From an uncultured Gemmatimonadales bacterium (lineage in GTDB: Bacteria > Gemmatimonadota > Gemmatimonadetes > Gemmatimonadales > GWC2-71-9): a DNA stretch of 64,000 nucleotides. The notes beneath the pieces were generated by a model, which did not search any database, was not told where the DNA came from, and saw only the letters and a list, made by a program, of their open reading frames with translations. Made by a program: the position numbers and the translations under genes. The stretch's first letter is position 1, and each line of letters starts with the position of its first letter. This document shows, in pieces, positions 52,458 through 60,660 of the stretch. The stretch covers positions 98,514-162,513 of the forward strand of contig CAVOSV010000001.1 in NCBI GenBank assembly GCA_963698975.1, read 5' to 3'.

Positions 52458-52533
52458 ACGGTTAACGGTGAACGGTGAACGGTGCTGGTGAACGGTGAAC
52501 GGTGAACGGTGAACGGTGAACGGTGAACGGTGA
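52458..52533. repeat. heptanucleotide tandem repeat (ACGGTGA)n, about 11 units, the last six perfect
   Basis: ACGGTTA ACGGTGA ACGGTGA ACGGTGCTGGTGA, then six exact ACGGTGA units. Intergenic, 164 nt upstream of the Big_2 lipoprotein start. Confidence 0.9.
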
Positions 52534-52696
52534 AGCGTAGGATCCCTCGCCGGCGAAGTCAGGCCTGCCGCATGATGTTGTGGTTGGTCGGGTACGAAGC
52601 GTGAGCCGTCGTCGGGCGATGGGCCCGGCGGCGGCTTGCGATTCCCCCCTAACGCTTCAAGCAGTACCTTGGTTTTATCCCCTTCCCACTCGTGCC

Positions 52697-53092
52697 ATGG
52701 CAGCGAAGCTCACCCTGCGTTGCGGCATCATCGCCCTCTATGGCTCCATGGTCGCCCTCCTGCTGGTGGGCTGCGATGCCGGGACCCTCATTGTCGTCGA
52801 CAGCTGTTCCGGCGTGGTCGCCGTGGTGGTAACACCCGACCGAACCGTGGTGCGAGTGGGTGATACGGTCACGCTCAACGCCAACTTTGCTTCCCCGGAC
52901 TGCGTCGCGGGAGGCCTAACAACCGAGCAGTGGCGGTGGTCGAGCAGCAATACCTCGATCGCACGGATCGACTCCTTGAGCGGAGTGGCGGAGGGCGTCG
53001 GTCCCGGTGAGGCCACCATCTATGTGCGTCACGCGCAGAACAGCGAAGTGGTGAGCAGTACCGACCTGACGGTGGTCGAAACAGGGCTGTAG
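52697..53092 (+). CDS. bacterial Ig-like (Big_2) domain lipoprotein
   Basis: Start MAAKLTLRCGIIALYGSMVALLLVGCDAG (lipobox). VTLNANF...WSSSNTSIARIDSLSGVAEGVGPGEATIYV is Big_2-like. Confidence 0.7.
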   Translation: MAAKLTLRCGIIALYGSMVALLLVGCDAGTLIVVDSCSGVVAVVVTPDRTVVRVGDTVTLNANFASPDCVAGGLTTEQWRWSSSNTSIARIDSLSGVAEGVGPGEATIYVRHAQNSEVVSSTDLTVVETGL

Positions 53093-53246
53093 TTCTGCTC
53101 CCCACCAAGAGATCCCAGTGACACCGACGGCGGGCGCTCCCGCGTCTGCTTTTGCAGCCGAGGAGTCTTCCGCAGCTGATGCGCGTTCCGTGCCTGCAGC
53201 ACAACCGCAGGCACCGGCAGTGTCCGGTATGTAAGAGAGGATCATT

Positions 53247-53447
53247 ATGCGAGCCTATTTACGGATTTCTGGCGCCCTGTTTGGACTCATTGCCTTGGCC
53301 CATCTGCTCCGGGTGGTCCGTCACTGGCCTGTTGATCTCGGGGGACACATAGTGCCCCTGTGGGCTTCATGGCTGGGACTACTCCTCGCTGGAGCACTGA
53401 GCATCTGGGCGTTCCGCTTAATCCGAGCTATGCCTAGAGCAATCTGA
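53247..53447 (+). CDS. small two-TM membrane protein
   Basis: AGAGAGGA RBS, 66 aa, two hydrophobic helices. It is followed immediately by attC-like sequence. Confidence 0.5.
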   Translation: MRAYLRISGALFGLIALAHLLRVVRHWPVDLGGHIVPLWASWLGLLLAGALSIWAFRLIRAMPRAI

Positions 53448-53464
53448 TGCGCTTAGATACGGGC

Positions 53465-53504
53465 GTCTGACTGCCGCATGCAGCTGACGCGCGGTCCGTT
53501 GGGC
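53465..53504 (+). repeat. attC-like site (unusually short)
   Basis: R'' GTCTGAC, GCATGCAGCTG fused to the right arm CAGCTGACGCGCGGTCC, then R' GTTGGGC (53498-53504). Confidence 0.5.
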
Positions 53505-53582
53505 GGCGCGCGAAGCATCTCCGCAAGGTCCGGAAGGCCCCAGTCATGGAGCGCATCCACCAGTCACGTCCGCGAGGGAGCC

Positions 53583-54026
53583 ATGCCACTGGCGGCGATC
53601 CTGATTTGGTACATGGTGATTGGCGCGCTGGCGGCCATCGGATCGGTGACGATCAGCCGCTCGCGGTTCTCGCCGCGGGTGGAACACATGCTATTCGCGC
53701 TGCTGCTCATTCCGATCGGCGCGATGTACCTGGCCTTCGTGGCGTACTTCGGCGACTACTCGACGCTCCGGCCCGAGGCCTTTGCGGTGGCGGTATTCGC
53801 CGTGCTCGGCCTCCTAGGCCTCCGGTTTGCCGCGCTCGTCGTGCTGGGCTACGCGCTCCACGGCGGGTGGGACCTGATGCACGAGCTCTGGGTGCACCTC
53901 GGCTCCGGGGCCGGCGGCGCGCGACGGCTCACCGACATACCGCTGGCATACGGAGTGTTCTGCGCGGCGTACGACTGGTGCATGGCGGCCTACTTCTATA
54001 CCCGACGGGTGGCCTGGCGGCAGTGA
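53583..54026 (+). CDS. cassette ORF: hypothetical four-TM membrane protein
   Basis: GGGAG RBS, ATG at 53583, 147 aa, hydrophobic throughout. Confidence 0.65.
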   Translation: MPLAAILIWYMVIGALAAIGSVTISRSRFSPRVEHMLFALLLIPIGAMYLAFVAYFGDYSTLRPEAFAVAVFAVLGLLGLRFAALVVLGYALHGGWDLMHELWVHLGSGAGGARRLTDIPLAYGVFCAAYDWCMAAYFYTRRVAWRQ

Positions 54027-54061
54027 GCGGCGCGCCCTAGTCGAGATCTCAGCGCAGCGCC

Positions 54062-54163
54062 GCCTAAACAAGCGCATGCAGCTGGCGGGCGCCTCAGCTC
54101 AACGGAACGTTAGATAGTGTCCCAACGGGCAGGTCGCCGCAGCTGATGCGCGGTCCGTTAGAT
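54062..54163 (+). repeat. attC site (family A)
   Basis: R'' GCCTAAAC. L'' GCGCAT-G-CAGCTG pairs with L' CAGCTGATGCGC, leaving one unpaired G. R' GTTAGAT at 54157-54163. Confidence 0.8.
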
Positions 54164-54276
54164 GGCGCCCACGCACTCATGTCGGGACAGATGAGACTAC
54201 CTACCGTGGGACCCGAGAGCCCCGGTCAGAGTGAGCCGGGACTATCGGACGACCGACCGCGAGATCCACGCTTCTG

Positions 54277-54795
54277 TTACTGTCCCGAGCTCGCACCCAG
54301 GGTGACGAGAAGCTCGTCCAGCTGATCGAATGTCTCGCCCATTGCATCGGCTGCTCCGGTGCCGGCAGCGTCGAGCGCTTCCTTCGAAGGATAGCTCTCG
54401 CGCAGGACCACCAGCGTCTTGCCGCCCGTTTCCTCGAAGGTCACCGTGGTGACAGGCCCGCCCTCGCCACCTTCTTCATTAGTCCACGCGAGACGCGAGT
54501 ACGGCTTCACTTCCACATACGTGCCGAAAAACGCGGCAGGCTCGGCGCCACCGTGGTCGAATACCAATCGGTACTTGCCGCCGACACGAGCATCCACCTC
54601 GCAGGACAGCAGGGTCATTCCCATCGACTTGGGCACCCACCAACGCTTGAGCAGCTCGGCCTTGGTAAATGCCTCGAACACGATGCGCGCCGGGCCGTTG
54701 ATGGTCCGCGTGACAGCCACCTCGCGGTCCGACTTCCGGTCCACCGTGGTGCGGTTCTTCAGGGGGCCGGGCTTACTTTCGATTTTTGCGTTCAT
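54277..54795 (-). CDS. SRPBCC (AHSA1/Aha1-like) domain protein, in a reverse-oriented cassette
   Basis: 172 aa. VAVTRTINGPARIVFEAFTKAELLKRWWVPK...VVLRESYPSKEALD is typical of the family. Confidence 0.8.
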   Translation of the reverse strand: MNAKIESKPGPLKNRTTVDRKSDREVAVTRTINGPARIVFEAFTKAELLKRWWVPKSMGMTLLSCEVDARVGGKYRLVFDHGGAEPAAFFGTYVEVKPYSRLAWTNEEGGEGGPVTTVTFEETGGKTLVVLRESYPSKEALDAAGTGAADAMGETFDQLDELLVTLGASSGQ

Positions 54796-55138
54796 CGCTC
54801 TTCTCCTTTCGTGTTAGTTCCTCGACAACCTTGTCCAACTCGTCGAAGCGTTCGTCCCAGCGCTGGCGGTACCTCTCGAGCCACACCGTCTCTTGCTCCA
54901 ATCGGCGCGGCCCCAGCTGGCACGTCCGCACGCGCCCGATCTTCTTCGTGGTGACGAGCCCCGCCTGCTCCAGAACGCCGACGTGCTTCTTCATGCCCGT
55001 GAGCGTCATGTGGAAGGTCTCGGCAAGGTCCGTGATCGAAGCGTCGGCTCGTCCGAGCTGCTCCAGAACCCCACGCCGCGTGGCGTCGGAGAGCGCGGCG
55101 AACGAAGTATCAAGTCGGGTCGTCAGATACTGAACCAT
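54773..55138 (-). CDS. ArsR/SmtB family transcriptional regulator
   Basis: FAALSDATRRGVLEQLGRADASITDLAETFHMTLTGMKKHVGVLEQAGLV is the HTH. It overlaps the SRPBCC start by 23 nt. Confidence 0.8.
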   Translation of the reverse strand: MVQYLTTRLDTSFAALSDATRRGVLEQLGRADASITDLAETFHMTLTGMKKHVGVLEQAGLVTTKKIGRVRTCQLGPRRLEQETVWLERYRQRWDERFDELDKVVEELTRKEKSDERKNRK

Positions 55139-55150
55139 ATGGTTCAGTAT
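55127..55150. promoter_or_regulatory. 24-bp perfect palindrome ATACTGAACCATATGGTTCAGTAT centred on the arsR start codon (candidate autoregulatory operator)
   Basis: Checked base by base. The centre CATATG contains the ATG (minus strand, 55138). Confidence 0.55.
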
Positions 55151-55210
55151 ATAACGCAAGCGTTGCGGCATGGCAAGGGGTGGCCGCGAAAAGCGATGCG
55201 TCCTAAGATC

Positions 55211-55385
55211 TCACAACGGCAGAGAGGGCCGTCACGATGCGGCCGTTCGGCAGGGACGCCCCTGTTTCTCAGTGCGTCCCTGCTTTTCGTGCTCGAGCCG
55301 ATAGTGTCAAGAGCATCCTGCCACGCTCGGCGGCACACCGATGGCGTGGAATACGCCGCCGCAGCTGATGCGCGGTCCGTTAGGC
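55211..55385 (+). repeat. attC site (right arm certain, left end uncertain)
   Basis: Right arm CGCAGCTGATGCGCGGTCCGTTAGGC with R' at 55379-55385. Internal GATAGTGT box as in family A. Candidate R'' TCACAAC at 55211. A further degenerate arm GCGATGCGTCCTAAGAT lies at 55194-55210. Confidence 0.55.
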
Positions 55386-55471
55386 GGAGCACCGCCCCGC
55401 TGTAACAGCCCGATCGCGAACTCGGGATTGTTCTAGCATCTTTCCTGGAGTCCGGTCGCGAAGGGAGAAGC

Positions 55472-55744
55472 ATGTCAGAAGAAACCCTGCGAGAGCTGGT
55501 CGCGAACCTCCGGTCGGAACTCACTCAGCCACACGATCTCGATGAACCGACCCGGCGGACGCTCCACGAATTGGCGCAGGAGCTAGAACAGGCGCTAAAC
55601 CGGCCAGCCGGCACACCGCCACGGCCAGTTCTCGCACTGCGCGGACGTTTGGCGGATCGGGTACGTGAGCTGGAAGCTTCACACCCGAGACTCGCGGCCA
55701 CGCTGGAGAACATTATCGATACGCTGGCGTTCTACGGGCTGTAG
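55472..55744 (+). CDS. cassette ORF: DUF4404 family protein
   Basis: 90 aa, helical. The C-terminus ASHPRLAATLENIIDTLAFYGL is typical of DUF4404. Confidence 0.7.
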   Translation: MSEETLRELVANLRSELTQPHDLDEPTRRTLHELAQELEQALNRPAGTPPRPVLALRGRLADRVRELEASHPRLAATLENIIDTLAFYGL

Positions 55745-55814
55745 TGGAGTCGGTCTGTGATAGCCAGCTCACCAAAACCTGGTCGCCGGGAGCGCGCCCA
55801 GGCCGTTGAACGCG

Positions 55815-55869
55815 CATGCATCCGACGGCCGGCCGAATCTGCGTGCGGGCGACCAGACTCCGCGAGGGA
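55815..55869 (+). repeat. degenerate attC-like site
   Basis: GTTGAAC-GC-GCATGCATCC...TCTGCGTGCGGGCGACCAGACT resembles the R''-L''...L'-R' layout but with a mutated R'. Confidence 0.3.
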
Positions 55870-55871
55870 AC

Positions 55872-56372
55872 ATGGACATCAAACCGACGCTGTTGGCTAT
55901 CTCCAACGACGCGCGGGCCTGGCTCAAGGCGTGGGCGCAAGACTTCACCGAGGCGGATGCCAGACTACCGGTGCCCGGGAGCCGCGCTCCGAATCCACTG
56001 GCGTGGCAGTTGGGCCATATCGCTTGCGTGGAGGACGATGTCGCGCAGCTGTTCACGCTGGATGAAAGACCGGAACCGCTCGTGCCGCCCGCCGTGCGAG
56101 CTGCGTGTGCCACCGGGAGCCCGGCACCCGACGAAGGGACAGGGTATCTCTCGCTAGCGGAGCTTTGGGCGCTCCTTGATCGGACGCATACGCACCTGCT
56201 GGCGATCCTGGAGGCAGCCGAGGACGCTGACCTGGATCGCCCGCCGCGCGTGGCGAATCCGTACTTCCGCTCCCTGGGTCAGGGAGTCTACGAAGCGGCC
56301 CTCCACGAGAACTACCATGTGGGCGAGATCGCGGCCGTACGTAAGGCGCTCGGTAAAACTCGGATCGGGTAG
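55872..56372 (+). CDS. cassette ORF: DinB family protein
   Basis: GAGGGA RBS, ATG at 55872. NPLAWQLGHIA...ALHENYHVGEIAAVRKALG is the DinB His triad pattern. Confidence 0.8.
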   Translation: MDIKPTLLAISNDARAWLKAWAQDFTEADARLPVPGSRAPNPLAWQLGHIACVEDDVAQLFTLDERPEPLVPPAVRAACATGSPAPDEGTGYLSLAELWALLDRTHTHLLAILEAAEDADLDRPPRVANPYFRSLGQGVYEAALHENYHVGEIAAVRKALGKTRIG

Positions 56373-56389
56373 AGCCAGGCCGGCCTGCA

Positions 56390-56519
56390 GCCTAGCCCGC
56401 TAGTGCAGTCGACAAGCGCGCACGGAGCGGAGCTCTGCCCGGGATGGTAACGGCAGACAGGGAGTTGCGGAACGTAGATTTTGACGGGTCGCATGCAGCG
56501 GATTTGCATTTCGTTAGAC
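56390..56519 (+). repeat. attC site (family B, AT-rich right-arm variant)
   Basis: Left arm GCCTAGCCCGCTAGTGCAGTCGAC. Right arm CAGCGGATTTGCATTTCGTTAGAC with R' at 56513-56519. Confidence 0.65.
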
Positions 56520-56546
56520 CGACTCTAACCAGGGGATGGGGGAGCA

Positions 56547-56951
56547 ATGACCACTGCGCCACCGCGCGATCTCGCTCTGCGCCGCTTGGGCCGGTCGGTA
56601 GTCGGAGCAGCGCTCGTTGGGGTCGCTGGTTGGATTACGCTGCGTAACCTACGCCTGCCCAACAACGATGGCTGGTTTTTCTGGGTTCCAATCGCGGGCT
56701 GGCTGGTTACGATGGGGCTGCTCTGCTGGTGGGCCGCACTGGCGCGTCAGCCGACGACCCGGGCTCGCATCGGGGCGAGTTGGCGGGCTGGCTGGGTCCT
56801 TGGCGCGGCCGGTCTCGCGCTCGGCTTTTTTGGTCCGCTTCTGATCACCCCGAAGGCCAACCTGGGGCCGCTACTCGGTATCTTGATCACAGGACCCGGG
56901 GCGTTTGTGCTGGGGGCGCTGGCGGCGGCGCTGGCATGGAGGAGTCCGTGA
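56547..56951 (+). CDS. cassette ORF: hypothetical four-TM membrane protein
   Basis: GGGGGAG RBS, 134 aa, Trp-rich TM helices. Confidence 0.65.
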   Translation: MTTAPPRDLALRRLGRSVVGAALVGVAGWITLRNLRLPNNDGWFFWVPIAGWLVTMGLLCWWAALARQPTTRARIGASWRAGWVLGAAGLALGFFGPLLITPKANLGPLLGILITGPGAFVLGALAAALAWRSP

Positions 56952-56953
56952 TC

Positions 56954-56976
56954 GAGCTGGTGCGCAGTCCTTAGGC
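56954..56976 (+). repeat. degenerate attC right arm
   Basis: GAGCTGGTGCGCAGTCC-TTAGGC compared with the consensus CAGCTGATGCGCGGTCCGTTAGGC. The G of GTT is missing. Confidence 0.35.
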
Positions 56977-57110
56977 TGCTCCAGGCGATCACGATAATTC
57001 CTACACGCATGCCCTGCAGTGAACTCACTCCTGACCATGGGGCTCCGGCGTAGAACTCTCAAAGGGGCATGGTCCCGTCAGAACCGTTCTCTTGAGATAG
57101 CGTAACCACC

Positions 57111-57884
57111 ATGGGAACTTGGGGCACCGGACTTTTCTCAAGCGATATGGCGCGTGACATCCGCGACTTTTACCGAGAGCGGATTGAAGACGGTATCGAG
57201 GACGCCGAAGCGACTCGCCTGACCCTCGAGAAGTTCCGGAGTTACCTCGACGATCCTGAAGAGGGCCCAGTGTTCCTTGTTGCCCTCGCCGTAACCCAGT
57301 CGAAGATCGGTCGACTTGATCCGGTCGTTCGTGGCCGGGCTCTAGCTGCCATCGACAGCGGTGCCGATCTCGCCACGTGGGAACAGGAGAACCCTAAGCT
57401 GCTGCCCAAGCGGCGAGAGGTTCTCAACAAAGCCCGCGGGCAAATAACGGGCGACCAACCAGCTCGCAAGCATCTACGACCACCGCCCCGGCCGAGCTGC
57501 GGACTCATCGCCGGTGACATCCTCGCTCTGAGTCTCGCGAATCGTGTTGCACTCTTGCGGGTCGTGCGAATCAAATCGCACCGCCGCGGTGAAACTCCGT
57601 ATCTTGAACGACTCGACTTCAATGGCTCAGCAGTGCCGTCAGCACCTGAGCTGGCGCAGCTCGGGGCAACAGGCAAGAACCCGGTCAATAACCTCCATGC
57701 TTCATCTGGTGAGATTCGCTTTAGCGCGTTTACTGCCTCCGACAAGATCGGTTGGAGAGAGGCCGGTTTCGAGAAAGTCGCTACGATCGCTCCGAGGCAG
57801 GGCGATGATCAGGCAATTTGGCCCAGCTATGGTGTTGCGTGGTCCGCGCTCGTTCGACAGTACCGACAGCGGGCGGCCGGATAA
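57111..57884 (+). CDS. cassette ORF: DUF4259 domain-containing protein
   Basis: The N-terminus MGTWGTGLFSSDMARDIRDFY is the DUF4259 signature. 257 aa, noticeably less GC-rich than the core genes. Confidence 0.7.
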   Translation: MGTWGTGLFSSDMARDIRDFYRERIEDGIEDAEATRLTLEKFRSYLDDPEEGPVFLVALAVTQSKIGRLDPVVRGRALAAIDSGADLATWEQENPKLLPKRREVLNKARGQITGDQPARKHLRPPPRPSCGLIAGDILALSLANRVALLRVVRIKSHRRGETPYLERLDFNGSAVPSAPELAQLGATGKNPVNNLHASSGEIRFSAFTASDKIGWREAGFEKVATIAPRQGDDQAIWPSYGVAWSALVRQYRQRAAG

Positions 57885-58038
57885 CAACGCAGTGCATCGG
57901 GCGAGCACGCGGCGAATGGCCAGGGTCGTGACGCAGCGACGGCCGCGGTGTATCTGGCGATCCCCGGCTGTCATGATATTGGATCGGCCGCACCACCAAC
58001 TGGAAAGTCGGCAGGCACTAATCTGTTTCCCTACGCGC

Positions 58039-58138
58039 CGCCAACAAGTGCATGCAGCACACGGCTGCGTCAGCTTTAAGAAGACGCTGGATGGTTGGGC
58101 GAGCGGCGCAGTCGCAGGTGATGCGCGGTCCGTTTCGC
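58039..58138 (+). repeat. attC site (family A)
   Basis: R'' CGCCAAC, then AAGTGCATGCAGCAC. Right arm GCAGGTGATGCGCGGTCC and R' GTTTCGC (58132-58138). Confidence 0.7.
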
Positions 58139-58195
58139 CGCATTCACCCGGCCTCCCCTTCTGGCACAACTTCCACCATCTGCGGAGTGTATCGC

Positions 58196-58645
58196 ATGGC
58201 TACCATTATCGGCCACGAAGCTGCCATCCCCAACCCGACCCTGAAGCCTCTTGGTCTCCTTGTCGGCGAATGGCGCACTGAAGGCTCGCACCCCATGTTG
58301 CCAGGCAAGACTCTTCATGGTCGCACCAGCTTCGCCTGGTCCGACGGCGGGGCTTTCCTCGTCATGCGCTCGGAGATTGACGAACCGGACATTCCAAGCG
58401 GCATCGGGATTTTCGGCACTGACGACGATGCCAAGGAATGCTCCATGTTGTATTTCGACGAGCGGGGTGTGTCGCGCCGCTACATCGTCGCGCTGCGCAG
58501 CGACGAGTGGCAGTGGTGGCGTGAGACTCCTGGTTTTACTGGTCGACTTGTCGATGGGGGCAGGCGCATGGTGGGGCAGGGCGAGATGAACCGTGGTGAC
58601 CGCTGGGAGCCAGACCTCCAGCTCACGTACACTCGGCTCGCATAA
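58196..58645 (+). CDS. cassette ORF: hypothetical protein (DUF1579/lipocalin-like, tentative)
   Basis: ATG at 58196, 149 aa. LKPLGLLVGEWRTEG is an N-terminal motif of that type. Confidence 0.6.
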   Translation: MATIIGHEAAIPNPTLKPLGLLVGEWRTEGSHPMLPGKTLHGRTSFAWSDGGAFLVMRSEIDEPDIPSGIGIFGTDDDAKECSMLYFDERGVSRRYIVALRSDEWQWWRETPGFTGRLVDGGRRMVGQGEMNRGDRWEPDLQLTYTRLA

Positions 58646-58671
58646 CGAGCGGACTTCCCGGCCTGAATGCG

Positions 58672-58768
58672 GCCTAACCCCCTCATGCAGCCGACGGCCC
58701 GAGGCGGTCCATAGATTTTGTGCGGGTGCGGAAATGATCGCCCGCAGCGGATGCGCGGTCCGTTAGGC
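58672..58768 (+). repeat. attC site (family B left arm, GC-rich right arm)
   Basis: R'' GCCTAAC (58672-58678) is the exact reverse complement of R' GTTAGGC (58762-58768). The inner arms CTCATGCAGCCG / CGCAGCGGATGCG pair imperfectly. Confidence 0.85.
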
Positions 58769-58793
58769 CGCGCCACCTATACCCTGTCCGGTA

Positions 58794-58835
58794 TCGTCGG
58801 TGTCGGATCTTCTCTCGTCGGTGTCGGATCTTCTC
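58794..58835. repeat. perfect 21-bp tandem duplication TCGTCGGTGTCGGATCTTCTC x2
   Basis: Copies at 58794-58814 and 58815-58835, inside a cassette and upstream of its ORF. Confidence 0.9.
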
Positions 58836-59013
58836 TATGAACTGAACGCACGTTGAGATTTCCTCTGTCAATGAGGAATGGCTCCGCTTCGCCCTGGCCA
58901 ACGGTGGAGAGCCCCTGGACCCCGCCAAGATCGCACGGCTCTGTTTTCGTTGTGACGCGCCTGACCGACGCCGACTCCTCGACCTCGAGATCTCCGCCGG
59001 GCGGGAGCGCGGG

Positions 59014-59319
59014 TTGCTCTACCGTGTCCGGACCTTGGGAGAACAGGAACGCCAACCAGTAGCGCTCTTGGAACCATACTCTTCACGGTCAGAGCATTTC
59101 GTGACCATCTGCGCATGGTGCGAGCGCGTCGCGGTGCCGGCGCAGGGGTGGCTGGAGATTGAGGTGGCTATTGCGGTGCTCCCCGCGCTTGCCGAGCCTC
59201 GTCTCAGGCAGCTGACCCATGGCGTCTGCGAGGTGTGCGCTCAGGCCCTCCACGGTGCGCTCAGCGAGGAACCAGTCAGTGTCGTTGTGGGGCAACTGGA
59301 GTCCGCCCGGCGCGCCTAA
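59014..59319 (+). CDS. cassette ORF: hypothetical Cys-rich (CxxC...CxxC) protein; true start unclear
   Basis: The frame is open and protein-like from 58846 (NEEWLRFALANGGEPLDPAKIARLCFRCDAPD...) with no ATG or GTG before the TTG at 59014. ICAWCE...GVCEVC are the Cys pairs. The TAA stop lies inside R'' GCCTAAC. Confidence 0.45.
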   Translation: MLYRVRTLGEQERQPVALLEPYSSRSEHFVTICAWCERVAVPAQGWLEIEVAIAVLPALAEPRLRQLTHGVCEVCAQALHGALSEEPVSVVVGQLESARRA

Positions 59320-59440
59320 CCCGCTAATGCAGGCAACAAACTCGAGCGAGGCCAGTAGTGACAACCGATCCCGCGCCAGCTAGCGGTCGCAAGGCCTGCC
59401 GACGGTACTGCGCTGACGGCCGCCAACAAACGATGTAGAT
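59314..59440 (+). repeat. attC site (family B left arm; right end degenerate)
   Basis: Left arm GCCTAACCCGCTAATGCAGGCAAC. The only R'-like sequence is GTAGAT at 59435-59440, directly before the next ATG. Confidence 0.45.
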
Positions 59441-60601
59441 ATGAGGATGAGCACGATTCGACGTATTCAAAGGTTTCTTCTCCTCTCTGTGACGGGGACT
59501 CTCGCCCTGTCCTGTCGGGGTCGGGTGGATCCCTCGGCGAAGGAATCGGCGCCCATTGTGGATGTCCAGCTTGGAGCGCCGACCTATATGAACTACGGGG
59601 GAGATTCTTGGGATCCCACCTGGGCGGAGGACGACAACCTCTATGCCGCGGTGAACGATGGCGCCGCCTTCGGCACTGTTAAACGGAATATTGGCTATAC
59701 GAAAATGACCGGGAACGATCCGCTCGCCTTGACCGGTCAGATGCAGAGCCTCATGGATTACGGCGCGATGAATGCGCCGACCGCCATCGACGGCCGGAAC
59801 TGGAAAAGTGGGGGGAGCATTTCCATCGATGGGGTTCAATACTTGTCCATCGGCATGGATCGGTATGTTGACCCGGCCTACGGAGGAAGGCAGACCCGCA
59901 TCCACGCGAGCATCATCAAATCGACCGATCATGGTGTCCACTGGACGCGGCCGATTGCGGAGAACCTCAAGCAGCCGATGTTCCCGGGGATGAGGTTCTC
60001 GACACCCTTCTTCATCCATTATGGAAAGGATTACGCCGCGGCGACCGTAGACAACGCTGACAAGTATGTCTACGCGAGCGCCAATAACGGCTTTTGGGAC
60101 AATGGCGATAATTTCATTCTGGGACGTGTCCTGAGATCGAAGATTGGTGCTCTGAAGGCGGCGGACTGGGCCTTCTACAGCGGCGGGGCCGGGATGCAGG
60201 ACTCGAGCTGGGTCAGCGACATGAACAAGGCCACGCTCATCATCGATGCTCCGGGAAGATGCGGCGAGGCTGGCGTGACCTATCTCCCCGCGCTCAAGAG
60301 GTACGTGCTGGTGACCTGGTACTACCCGATCGGCAACGGTCATGCCGGCAAGATCGAGGAGACCGAGCTCGTGTTCTACGAATCGCCCAAGCCATGGGGA
60401 CCCTGGAAAAGCTTCAAGAACATCCGCGCCAACCCCCAGGGCTGGTACATCCCCAAAGTCCTGTCGAAATTCCAGACGCACGTGGGGCGGGACCTTCAGG
60501 CCTACATCGCCGTCGCCGGAGACTGGCGAAACCCTACCTATTACAAATTCACGATGGTGCCCGCCAAGTTCGTGACCGGCCCTCCAGGAGCGCAGGAGTA
60601 G
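59441..60601 (+). CDS. cassette ORF: secreted lipoprotein, beta-propeller/sialidase-like (DUF4185-like, tentative)
   Basis: 386 aa, lipobox LALSC. GDSWDPTWAEDDNLYAAVNDG and STDHGVHWTRP motifs. Confidence 0.55.
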   Translation: MRMSTIRRIQRFLLLSVTGTLALSCRGRVDPSAKESAPIVDVQLGAPTYMNYGGDSWDPTWAEDDNLYAAVNDGAAFGTVKRNIGYTKMTGNDPLALTGQMQSLMDYGAMNAPTAIDGRNWKSGGSISIDGVQYLSIGMDRYVDPAYGGRQTRIHASIIKSTDHGVHWTRPIAENLKQPMFPGMRFSTPFFIHYGKDYAAATVDNADKYVYASANNGFWDNGDNFILGRVLRSKIGALKAADWAFYSGGAGMQDSSWVSDMNKATLIIDAPGRCGEAGVTYLPALKRYVLVTWYYPIGNGHAGKIEETELVFYESPKPWGPWKSFKNIRANPQGWYIPKVLSKFQTHVGRDLQAYIAVAGDWRNPTYYKFTMVPAKFVTGPPGAQE

Positions 60602-60660
60602 AGATCGCCTCCGAGGAATCTTCAGCATCACGGGGTGACGCCCGGGGTGAGAAAGCGTAC

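Noticed and set aside
53190-53214. GTGCCTGC-n9-GCAGGCAC taken as the R' core of a degenerate attC
   Set aside because: It forms its own 8-bp hairpin and lacks GTT. Only the preceding CGCAGCTGATGCGCG resembles the attC right arm, so I report the site as a degenerate remnant and not as a functional site.
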